From an uncultured Thermotogae bacterium (GTDB taxonomy: Bacteria > Bipolaricaulota > Bipolaricaulia > M55B111): a stretch of DNA of 49,313 nt. Position 1 is the stretch's first letter. Every line of letters begins with the position of its first letter. Below are positions 18,025-26,610 of this stretch, one piece after another. Under the pieces are notes generated by a model. That model was not told the DNA's origin. It ran no database searches and saw only the letters and a program-made list of their open reading frames with translations. The position numbers and the translations under genes are program-made. Where the stretch lies: contig CAZDMI010000002.1 of NCBI GenBank assembly GCA_964506635.1, positions 1 through 49,313 on the forward strand, written 5' to 3'.

Positions 18025-19416
18025 ATGTCTATTGATAAAGATTGGATGTTAGAAGTTCTAGACAGAACCAATACGGGAAAAGTGGTGAAGGAAAAGAAAT
18101 GGAACAATCGTATTATGCCCCAGACAATCATGGAAATAGTAAGGGAATACGACCTTAAGGGCACCTGCGATCCCGGGAATCCGATAAACCAGGACGATGA
18201 ACTTGCCGATCGTTATTTTGAAGCTGGCCTCGCTGCTGCCGAAGAACTGGGAATGCTCTGCACTGATACCCACAGAGTCGTGGATTTTTCGAAAGACGAA
18301 ATCCTGGAACGTATTGATAAAGCACCTGCAAGCTTTAATCTTGGCGGGGGCAAAGAGGAAGTAGAGTTTAAGACCAGAGATACCGAGGACGAAGTCCAGC
18401 CAAAAATGATAGCACCGTTAAGCATAGTGGTTAGCGAGGAAGACTTCGTCCCGATGGTTGAAGCTATAGCCAGTGTGGATGAAGTAGACGTTATGGAAGG
18501 TCCTTCGCTGGAAACAGTCTGGGGTAGAGAATTGAAATCAGGTGTGCCTCATGAGCTGCTTGCAGGAAAATACCAGGCCGAATTAATGAAAGAAGGACTC
18601 GAACGAGCTGGTAGAGAAGGCCTTGGTCTATTCGCCGTAGGAAGTTCAACTACGGAATACGGTTTTCTGGGCGGTTATGGCCTAACTGGAGGTTATAAAC
18701 CGGAAAGAGACATCTCCCTCATACTTTCTCCGGCCGGAGTGAAAACTTCTTACGAATCTCTATTCAAACTCGCTCAAACTTATAATGCCGGGGGAGAAAA
18801 TATATACGCGGGGTCCTGGGTAATGTTAGGAGGTTATGCTGGAGGACCGGAGGGCACCACTGTGGCAGCAATAGCCAACAGTCTTCTTTTGTACACGGTA
18901 TACCAGGCCTCGAACGGAGCCTGCTTCCCGCTCGATATGCATTACATGGGGAATACCGATGGTAAAAACCAGTGGTCTCTGGGGCTAACGTTCCAGGCCC
19001 TGAGTAGAAATACCCACCTTGCCCTGAATTCAGTTTTAAATCAGGTCAACGGACCTTCAACGAAGGCTTTACTCTATGAAACTGCCGTGGGTATGATGAA
19101 CCTGGCAGTATCAGGGGCTACTTCCTGTACGGGAACTCGATCAGCCGGTGGGAGGTTAACCAACCACTTAACTCCTCTTGAAATCGAATTTGCCGGGAAA
19201 GTCTTCAAATCCGCAGCCGGGATGAGTCGTTCGGACGCAAACGAGATCGCCAAAGAGATAATCCCAAAATACGAGGACGGGCTCGAAGATCCTTCCGACG
19301 GCCAGAGCTTTAAGGAATGTTACGATCTTGAGAATCACCAACCGGGTGAAGAATGGAAAAGGAAATACGATGAGGTCGTGGAAGAGATCTCTGACCTTGG
19401 TTTAACTCTGGATTAA
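18025..19416 (+). CDS. MtmB-family (monomethylamine-type) corrinoid methyltransferase homologue lacking pyrrolysine
   Basis: CTDTHRVV, LGGYAGGPEGTT, SFKECYDLE and a C-terminal ISDLGLTL match remembered M. barkeri MtmB strings (CTDTHRIV, FGGYAGGIEETT, FQECYDV, LEDLGLVF). The frame is uninterrupted with no in-frame TAG. The ATG at 18025 lies 1 nt after the corrinoid gene stop and is preceded by GAGGAGGA. Confidence 0.75.
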   Translation: MSIDKDWMLEVLDRTNTGKVVKEKKWNNRIMPQTIMEIVREYDLKGTCDPGNPINQDDELADRYFEAGLAAAEELGMLCTDTHRVVDFSKDEILERIDKAPASFNLGGGKEEVEFKTRDTEDEVQPKMIAPLSIVVSEEDFVPMVEAIASVDEVDVMEGPSLETVWGRELKSGVPHELLAGKYQAELMKEGLERAGREGLGLFAVGSSTTEYGFLGGYGLTGGYKPERDISLILSPAGVKTSYESLFKLAQTYNAGGENIYAGSWVMLGGYAGGPEGTTVAAIANSLLLYTVYQASNGACFPLDMHYMGNTDGKNQWSLGLTFQALSRNTHLALNSVLNQVNGPSTKALLYETAVGMMNLAVSGATSCTGTRSAGGRLTNHLTPLEIEFAGKVFKSAAGMSRSDANEIAKEIIPKYEDGLEDPSDGQSFKECYDLENHQPGEEWKRKYDEVVEEISDLGLTLD

Positions 19417-19440
19417 CAGATCACAAAGTTTGTAGACAGA

Positions 19441-19483
19441 AAGGATGTCGGAGAGAGGAAATTCACATTTCTCCGACATCCTT
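19441..19483 (+). terminator. Hairpin downstream of the methyltransferase gene
   Basis: AAGGATGTCGGAGA (19441-19454) pairs perfectly with TCTCCGACATCCTT (19470-19483), giving a 14-bp stem and a 15-nt loop. There is no strong U-tract. Confidence 0.4.
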
Positions 19484-19692
19484 ATACAATCACCTTCCTC
19501 CCAATTTTGCAACCCTTAATGAATGAATAATCGCAAGGGGGAGTTTTGTTTAACAAAAGGAAGAGACCTGGAAAAATTGCCATGGCAAGGAACCAAGAGG
19601 TCCAGGATTGAACCTTTCTTAATTGCCTTACCAAATACCCCCCTTCAGAGCCCATATAAGCTAACCCCTCTACCTTTACCGTAATATTACTG

Positions 19693-19727
19693 AAAATCCC
19701 CGGACTTCAGAGCTGCCCGGGGATTTT
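19693..19727. terminator. Hairpin between convergent genes (likely terminator of the SDR gene)
   Basis: AAAATCCCCGG (19693-19703) pairs with CCGGGGATTTT (19717-19727). A/T runs flank both sides, and it lies 24 nt beyond the stop at 19751. Confidence 0.4.
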
Positions 19728-19750
19728 CGTGATATTGGAAAAAATAGTTC

Positions 19751-20539
19751 CTATCCAGCCATATAACCACCATCTGCCAAAACAAAAGAGCCCGTTACAA
19801 AGGACGAAGCATCGCTCGCCAGGAATAGGGTGATTTTTGCAACCTCTTTCGGCGTCCCAAGCCTACCCATTGGATTGCTCCCCGTTCGAACTTGCTCTTC
19901 GGCGTCCTCCACGCCGGACTCTTCCATGTCTTCTATTACCTGGTCCATCATGGCTGTATCTATATGGCCCGGCACCACAGCGGTGACGCGAATGTCATCA
20001 TCAACGTATTCCAGAGCGGAAGTTTTAGTCAACATCAAAAGCCCGGCTTTGGAAATGCAATAAGGAGATGCACCCGGGAAAGGGCGCATGCCCGCAGTTG
20101 AAGCTACGTTTACTACTTTTCCCCCGCCGACCTTTTTCATGTACGGGACTGCATGTTTGGTACATAGCCATGGCCCAGAAAGATTCACATCCAAAGTACG
20201 GTTCCACTCATCAACTGAAAGCTCGTGAGCTTTTTTATCGGGAGGCGCAAGCGTCCCGGCACTGTTGACCAAGATATTTACTTTGTCAAATTCATCTACA
20301 GTACGCTCGGTTAATTGTTTAACCTCTTCTTCGCTGCTTACGTCCGTAGGCATACCAACTAAATCGTGTTTCGATACTCCCTCGATATCACTGGCCTGGT
20401 TAATGGTTTCCTGGATACCTTCTTCATCGATATCCGCCACTGTTACCCTGGCACCTTCTTTAGCAAATAACTTAGATATAGCTCTACCCTGACCTGACGC
20501 TCCACCAGTTACTATGGCTACTTGATCTTCAAGTCTCAT
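19751..20539 (-). CDS. Short-chain dehydrogenase/reductase (SDR)
   Basis: TGGASGQG, NSAG and YCISK motifs. The ATG at 20539 (MRLEDQVAIVTGG) is preceded by AAGGTGAT and does not overlap the upstream gene. The longer 20623 start is rejected. Confidence 0.85.
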   Translation of the reverse strand: MRLEDQVAIVTGGASGQGRAISKLFAKEGARVTVADIDEEGIQETINQASDIEGVSKHDLVGMPTDVSSEEEVKQLTERTVDEFDKVNILVNSAGTLAPPDKKAHELSVDEWNRTLDVNLSGPWLCTKHAVPYMKKVGGGKVVNVASTAGMRPFPGASPYCISKAGLLMLTKTSALEYVDDDIRVTAVVPGHIDTAMMDQVIEDMEESGVEDAEEQVRTGSNPMGRLGTPKEVAKITLFLASDASSFVTGSFVLADGGYMAG

Positions 20540-20547
20540 GGTTTTAA

Positions 20548-21561
20548 TCACCTTTGCTCTATATTTTCTACTTTTTGAATTTTGCTTTCGAAAGCCGACT
20601 CGGATGCAGCCAGCACGGAGCACAAGTCGCGGTATGCATCTTCAGCCCGCATCTCCGGTTCTTTATCCTCTTTTAACGCATAATAAAAATCTTCAAATTC
20701 TTTATAGAAACTGGAACGTTCGCCTGATTCAAACAGCGTCTGGAGGCTCCCCTGCTGATGCTGGCTTACTTCGTCGGGACTAACAACCAACGTTTCTCCC
20801 GGAGTCCACAGGTGAATATGGCCAGTTCGTTCAGTAGCTGATGCAAAAGACCAATTTACCGAACAAAGATTACCCGATTCAAATTTCAGGTTGAATATAG
20901 CAGTATCCACCCCACCCAGGTGTTCCTTCAGATCTTGCCCAAACGTATGAACCAGATCAATCTCTCCCATAAGGTAACGAACCACGTCAATCATATGAAC
21001 GCCATGATCAAGAAGGAAACCGGAGGCGTGCTCGGGATTTTCCCGCCATGGCCGGCTCGCTATTTCGTCGTCCTTTCCCACGGGTTGCATCCATTGATAG
21101 GTCATCAAAAAGGGATTCGCGCTGGACTCTTTTGAAAGAAAATCCCTGGCAAACTGAATAGTGTCTTCGTATCTAAAATTCTCAGCTACAAGCAACTTTA
21201 TTCCGTATTTTTCCTTAAGCTCCAGCATTTTTTCGGCATCTTCCAAAGAAGTCGAGATTGGCTTCTCACAGATAACGTCCTTCCCCTGGCTGGCAGCTTT
21301 TGAAGCAACCTCGTAGTTCATTCTCGGAGGAAGCGCTAGATCTACTACTTCTACGTCATTACGATCCAGCAATTCTTCGTAATCTTGATAAACGTTTTCC
21401 GTGGCTAGACCGATTTTTTCGGCAAATTTAACCGCCTTACTCTTGGTCCTGTTTGCCAGTGCTACGATCTCGTATTTGTCCTTCAACTGTTTCAGTGCCG
21501 GCCAGTGCAACTGGCGAGCTGCTACACCAGTACCGATAATACCTAGCTTTACCTTGTTCAT
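20548..21561 (-). CDS. Gfo/Idh/MocA-family NAD(P) sugar oxidoreductase
   Basis: KLGIIGTGVAARQ Rossmann motif and VICEKPIS (EKP motif). 337 aa. Confidence 0.85.
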   Translation of the reverse strand: MNKVKLGIIGTGVAARQLHWPALKQLKDKYEIVALANRTKSKAVKFAEKIGLATENVYQDYEELLDRNDVEVVDLALPPRMNYEVASKAASQGKDVICEKPISTSLEDAEKMLELKEKYGIKLLVAENFRYEDTIQFARDFLSKESSANPFLMTYQWMQPVGKDDEIASRPWRENPEHASGFLLDHGVHMIDVVRYLMGEIDLVHTFGQDLKEHLGGVDTAIFNLKFESGNLCSVNWSFASATERTGHIHLWTPGETLVVSPDEVSQHQQGSLQTLFESGERSSFYKEFEDFYYALKEDKEPEMRAEDAYRDLCSVLAASESAFESKIQKVENIEQR

Positions 21562-22080
21562 AATTTATTCAACCTCACCCCTTCTAAATATACTAATTAA
21601 ATTTTGGGTACTCCCTCGTCACTACGAATTTTTCTGGTTCTCTGAAAAACCAATTTCGTTTAAGCTTAACTTACCAACTTTTGATTAGGATTACCCTTCT
21701 CTAAGTTCTTCAAAGACCTTATGTCCAGTTAAAAAACCAAAATTAATAAGTAAGATATCTAAAACAGTTTTGGGGAAGACCCCATTTGAAATAAGTAACA
21801 TCTTTCTTGGTGCATCTTCTCTACGGCTCTGCAATATTCTGATATACAATTAAAGTCTGAAAATTTTAGCCTGCAAAGTAGGTTGCCTGGGCCCTTTTAA
21901 GTTGTAAAACAAATTACTCGTTTCTGGATTAAAAGTATACTGCAGTCGCGATACTTGTTTATAAGGTACTATTTAGTTAAGTCTGTTGATTTTTCCATAC
22001 ACGAGCGGTCAAAAGATAGACGGCTCAACTTATCGAAGGGCTGAGAAAGTGTATGAATTTTTTCTACACCCCCCTACATT

Positions 22081-22749
22081 TTATTTTTCCTGGTTTACGG
22101 AGGTGAAGTAACCTGTAGAAGCATCACATTCGGAAATACTATAGAAATTACGAGTAACTAACACCACCCAAATCGGGAGAAAAAAAAGAAACACTACTTC
22201 ATAAAGCGAAAAAGATATAATATAGCCGATGATGATTGCTGGAATAAATGTGATTATGGCAGTCCGTTGAAAGTTTTTCCACGCCATATCAAAAGATCTC
22301 CTGATCCCTTCAAATACCCCCTTTTCCGTTAGGAGGACAATGGGTAACAAATAGATGAAGAAGAATGGGTAAAAGGCAAGGGGGATAAACAGATAAAAAC
22401 TGAAAAAATTTAGGAATAGGTATAGAATCAGAAGTCCGGCCGGGGTAATTAATATCATTGAAAAAAGAAGGCTGGGTAGGTTCTTTAAAACGTAGAGGGC
22501 ATTATCCCCGAGTCCAAAATTAACACCGCTTGTAACCCCCCATACGTCTATGGCAGTCAGACTCACAGCTATTAAGGCAAAAAACCCAAAACAGGAGAAG
22601 AACGTACCCAGCACTACCTTGTTCGAGAAAGGGACCAACCTGACCGAAGCAACATATCCCCCCACCAGGAAGAGATAAGGTAAGGTCAGCCGGATAAAAT
22701 TTTTAAAATAGATCTCTAAGGATTCTTTTAGGTCCGTAAGTATATGCAA
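22081..22749 (-). CDS. Polytopic membrane protein of unknown function
   Basis: 222 aa with about 5-6 long hydrophobic segments. TTG start with weak RBS. Sits at the distal end of the ABC transporter gene string. Confidence 0.5.
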   Translation of the reverse strand: MHILTDLKESLEIYFKNFIRLTLPYLFLVGGYVASVRLVPFSNKVVLGTFFSCFGFFALIAVSLTAIDVWGVTSGVNFGLGDNALYVLKNLPSLLFSMILITPAGLLILYLFLNFFSFYLFIPLAFYPFFFIYLLPIVLLTEKGVFEGIRRSFDMAWKNFQRTAIITFIPAIIIGYIISFSLYEVVFLFFLPIWVVLVTRNFYSISECDASTGYFTSVNQEK

Positions 22750-22824
22750 TTTACCAATACAGAATTGAAGTCAAAATTCCCTAATCCGGTTAACACCGTC
22801 AATTTTGCCCCTAGTAGTCAAAAT

Positions 22825-23637
22825 TTAATCCACCCCACCTAGCTGAAGTCCTGTTTCAAGATATTTTTGTCCAAATATTAAGATCAACAGCGTAGGAACT
22901 AATAGCAATATACCACCGGCCGTCATTACTCCATAATCAAGATTATATTGGGTACTTCTGACAGCCACCTTAAGAGCAGCTGGGAAAAGTCTCTTTGATG
23001 GTTCCTTTATAAAAGTCGCTCCATATAAATACTCCATCCATGCAAAACGGAACGCAAACAAGAATCCTGCTATCAGAGCCGGCTTGGATAACGGGAGGAA
23101 AATTCTGTAGAACCTCTTAACTGGTCCCGCCCCGTCGACTATCGCTGCCTCGACGATAGGGTCTTCCACTGTGTCAAAGTAATTGGTGAACAGAAAAGTA
23201 TTCAATGGCATATTCGAGAGTTGATATATGAATACTATTGCCAGCCGGCTATTTAACCACCCCAGTTCGCTGAACACCGAGTACATTGGGATGATGTTTA
23301 GGGCTGGGGGAAGTAAAAGTGTAATAAGAACTGCCCCGAAGAAAAACTTCTTGAAGGGCATCTGTAACTGAGAAAAAACGTAACCGGCCATTGAGCAAAC
23401 CACTACTGAGACAAATGCAGAGAGAGTTGCTACCATCAAGGAGTTCAGTATGCTGGTAACTATATTCGATGTAGTTAACAAGTCAACGTAACTTGAAATC
23501 GATAGGTCCGTGGGTATGTAAGAAGGTGGGAAACTCACTTGCTCTTGCACGGACAAGTTAGCTATCCAGTATATAGGTAGCAAGGTAAACAATGAATAAC
23601 TAATAAGAATTAGTATTCGAGTCTTTTTTTCGCTCAT
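22825..23637 (-). CDS. Carbohydrate ABC transporter permease (MalG-like)
   Basis: EAA-loop EAAIVDGAGPVKRFYRIFLPLSKP and six hydrophobic segments. SD AAGGAGGA. Confidence 0.9.
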   Translation of the reverse strand: MSEKKTRILILISYSLFTLLPIYWIANLSVQEQVSFPPSYIPTDLSISSYVDLLTTSNIVTSILNSLMVATLSAFVSVVVCSMAGYVFSQLQMPFKKFFFGAVLITLLLPPALNIIPMYSVFSELGWLNSRLAIVFIYQLSNMPLNTFLFTNYFDTVEDPIVEAAIVDGAGPVKRFYRIFLPLSKPALIAGFLFAFRFAWMEYLYGATFIKEPSKRLFPAALKVAVRSTQYNLDYGVMTAGGILLLVPTLLILIFGQKYLETGLQLGGVD

Positions 23638-23646
23638 TTTTCCTCC

Positions 23647-24525
23647 TTAATCTGCAAACTCGACGCCGGAAACTTTGATGTATATATATACCAGTATCAA
23701 ATTCATAGCCAGAGCACCAAGGCTTACTGCTGATCCGTAAGAAAACTCACCCAGATCGAACGCCGCCTGGTACCCATGGAGCGGGAACACTTTCGTCGCA
23801 TTCAAAGGTCCCCCATTGGTAAGCAATAAAATCAAGGAAAACTGGTTAAACGCCCACACAGTAGTCAAGATCAGAGCAACTACTAGAAATGGAAGTAAAA
23901 TAGGTAGAGCAACTCTGGTGAAAAATATCCATTCAGAAGCTCCATCTATTTTCGCCACTTCGACCAACTGTGGAGAAATAGATGTCATTCCTGAACTCAA
24001 AAGTAGTATTACAAACGGGGTTCCCCACCAGACGCTGGCAACGATAACCAGGGTCATCGCCGCAGTGCCATTCCCCAAGAAATTAATCCTTGGAAACCCA
24101 ACAGCCTCGATTATCCTATTGATGAAGCCGATATTTTTCGCTGCCATTAATCTCCAGCTGAAAGCCGCTACCACGACGGAACTCAACCAGGGAATGATAA
24201 TTATGGGCCGGAAAAACTTTTCAACCGCTGAATCGGCCCTGTAGAGAAAATAGGAAATTGAAGTACCAATAAACATCTGAAGCGTTACGCTCCCAATAGT
24301 AAAAATGGCGGTGTTCTTGAGGGAGGCTAAGGTTGCGGGGTCAGTAAAAACCTCGACGAAGTTCTGCAACCCGACAAAATCCCACTCCTGATGAAAATTC
24401 ATCAGAGTAACGTCATGCAATGCGATATTCAGGTTCCACGACCATACGAAGAACTGTAAGAAAAACAGTATCCCCATGGCAGGTAATAAAAACAACAAAG
24501 GAACAAGCACGCTATATCTTCTCAT
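23647..24525 (-). CDS. Carbohydrate ABC transporter permease (MalF-like)
   Basis: EAA-loop EVAKIDGASEWIFFTRVALPILLP. The ATG at 24525 (MRRYSVLVPLLF) is preferred over the 24585 start. Confidence 0.85.
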   Translation of the reverse strand: MRRYSVLVPLLFLLPAMGILFFLQFFVWSWNLNIALHDVTLMNFHQEWDFVGLQNFVEVFTDPATLASLKNTAIFTIGSVTLQMFIGTSISYFLYRADSAVEKFFRPIIIIPWLSSVVVAAFSWRLMAAKNIGFINRIIEAVGFPRINFLGNGTAAMTLVIVASVWWGTPFVILLLSSGMTSISPQLVEVAKIDGASEWIFFTRVALPILLPFLVVALILTTVWAFNQFSLILLLTNGGPLNATKVFPLHGYQAAFDLGEFSYGSAVSLGALAMNLILVYIYIKVSGVEFAD

Positions 24526-24606
24526 ATAATACCCCCGTAAATATAAATAAGAAGTGGGGGTAGAATCGCCCACCCCCACTCCCATTGCTTGTCAATTTTG
24601 TTAAGG

Positions 24607-25995
24607 TTAGTCCTCTTTCATCATTTTGTTGACTTTATCTGCCGCCGTGGACAGGGCTTCTTCCGCTGTTGCCCTCCCGGCAATTACCTTCTGCATAGCG
24701 GTCCAGAGTTCCTGCGCTACGCTCGAATACTCGGGGACGTAAGGTCTCAATATTCCTCCAGAGACGGCTTCCTGGAATTTGTCGTACCACTCGTCCGGCA
24801 TCCTATCGAGCATACCTTCCTGGTATGTCTCGTTGTTGAACACCTTTTCATTGGTCGGGAACTTCCCTTGATCGAGAAGCATCTGGGCGTAATTTGCTTC
24901 GTTACTGAAGAGGTGTTCCATCATTATATCAAAGGCCAGATCACCGTGCTTGGCAGCTTTCGGTATTACCATCATAAAGCCGCCGGTGAGGGTCCTCATG
25001 TCCTTCCCTTCAAAGGTAGGCTGGGGCACCATGCCTACCTCGACCTGGATCTCTTCGGGTGTCTTGTCTGGCCAGTGAGAGTTTAGATCGGATACGTTCC
25101 AGCCGCCTTCGAAGGTCATTGCGTAACGTCTATCCAGGAAGTTTACCAGATTGTACTGCCACGTACGCTTCAGTGTTGCACCGGCTTCGTCCAGCTTCTT
25201 CAAGTAATTCAGGGCTTTGTAGCCTGCTTTATTGTTAAAGCCAGCCCTCCATTCTCCGTCCTCGTTCTTCTCGAGGATTTTTCCTCCAAGCTGATAAAGC
25301 CAACCGTACCAATAACCTACGGCACTCTTTCCGTCAAAGTTGTATTCCAGGGCTCCTTCCATATCGAATTGTTCCTTTGCAACTTTATTGATTTCCGGAA
25401 GTGCCTCGAGTAGACCCTCTGCAGTCCTGATGTCTTCCATCGTGTAACCGGCAGCGTGCAGGACGTCCTTCCAGACCCAGAGCGCTCTGGAATCGGTGGA
25501 CCTCCAGATTCCATAGAACTTCCCCTTGTAAGTTGATCCATCTCTGAAGCCCGGGAACAGGCCGAAGTCGTCCGCCCACTGTCTGTATTCCTCGGAATAC
25601 TCGGCCGAGAGACCTCCACTTTCTGCAAACTGGCCGAGCCACATGTGATCCATGACCATTATGTCATAGGCTTCTCTGCTGGTCAGAGCCAGTATTTCCT
25701 CTTTCCTCAAATCCGAAAAAGCTGGAATGTAAAGGTCGAGGCTTACCTTCTTATCTGGATGAGCTTGATTGTAACTTATCAGGGGAAAGCTATTGAAGTG
25801 TTTTTCGCTTACGTTTTTTTTCGCCTTGGCTGGGTCCTCCGGGCCGAAGAAAGTTATACGCTTGTAAGGAGATGTAAGCCCACCAATGGCTCTCAGCGTT
25901 ATCTCTTCCTGGTCCTGAGCAAATGATTTAGTAGAGAAGAATCCTAACCCTACTACCAGACTTAAGACTAATACACCAATGGTTAATTTTTTCAT
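24607..25995 (-). CDS. ABC transporter extracellular sugar-binding protein (family 1)
   Basis: Signal peptide MKKLTIGVLVLSLVVGLGFFSTKSFA/QD with no lipobox Cys. 462 aa and rich in W/Y, like oligosaccharide-binding proteins. SD AAGGAGGA. Confidence 0.85.
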   Translation of the reverse strand: MKKLTIGVLVLSLVVGLGFFSTKSFAQDQEEITLRAIGGLTSPYKRITFFGPEDPAKAKKNVSEKHFNSFPLISYNQAHPDKKVSLDLYIPAFSDLRKEEILALTSREAYDIMVMDHMWLGQFAESGGLSAEYSEEYRQWADDFGLFPGFRDGSTYKGKFYGIWRSTDSRALWVWKDVLHAAGYTMEDIRTAEGLLEALPEINKVAKEQFDMEGALEYNFDGKSAVGYWYGWLYQLGGKILEKNEDGEWRAGFNNKAGYKALNYLKKLDEAGATLKRTWQYNLVNFLDRRYAMTFEGGWNVSDLNSHWPDKTPEEIQVEVGMVPQPTFEGKDMRTLTGGFMMVIPKAAKHGDLAFDIMMEHLFSNEANYAQMLLDQGKFPTNEKVFNNETYQEGMLDRMPDEWYDKFQEAVSGGILRPYVPEYSSVAQELWTAMQKVIAGRATAEEALSTAADKVNKMMKED

Positions 25996-26024
25996 ATAAT
26001 CCTCCTTTTAAGGGTACCACTTAT

Positions 26025-26231
26025 TCAAATGGTATAAAAATCTTTTAACTCCAAAAATTTTCTAAAGTTACCACCTATCACCTCACATTTCTGGGTCAGT
26101 GTTTTTAACCCGGCAATGACTTCAGAGGTGCTAAGAAATTGTTTAGAACAACAAAAAGAGCACCCCTCCGAAAAAACGATTTCGCCGGGTAATTTTTTAA
26201 CTCTACTAACTTTTTTGTTCTTAGTCTCCAT
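26025..26231 (-). CDS. Hypothetical small Cys-containing protein
   Basis: 68-aa ORF with AAGGTGG 4-5 nt upstream of the ATG. Lies directly upstream of the binding-protein gene. Contains GCSFCC. No recognisable family. Confidence 0.3.
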   Translation of the reverse strand: METKNKKVSRVKKLPGEIVFSEGCSFCCSKQFLSTSEVIAGLKTLTQKCEVIGGNFRKFLELKDFYTI

Positions 26232-26610
26232 GCTTCCACCTTATACTGCAATGATTATATAAATGTAAGCATACTTGTCAAGTAGTATTACATATTTAAA
26301 CTACGGGGTGTTGTTGCCGTAAATTCTTCATTGAAAATAAAACTCAATTCTAGCATAATATTTTGCTTCCGCCTTCTGCCAACATTAGACCAATAAGTGA
26401 AAAAGCCATATAATTTATTTTTAAACTCTTGTGTCAGAGAGTTTTACTTTGGAAGGTAAAACTACGGTCATCTAGAGTGCCATGAATTTTTTGGGACCCA
26501 CCAAAAAGTTAAACTTATATTAATGTCACGGAGAATACCTTTGTTCATAATATTAACTTGAATAACAAATATTCCAATTTTTTCTGATACGATGTTTTGG
26601 AGGTTACATT

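Noticed and set aside
18025-19416. Looked for an in-frame amber (TAG) codon that would indicate pyrrolysine in the MtmB-like gene
   Set aside because: The frame is open from the ATG at 18025 to the TAA at 19414-19416 with no internal TAG. The gene is therefore a non-Pyl homologue, not a recoded gene.
23816-25086. + strand ORFs 23816-24244 (142 aa) and 24589-25086 (165 aa)
   Set aside because: Antisense to the ABC permease and binding-protein genes. No independent support.
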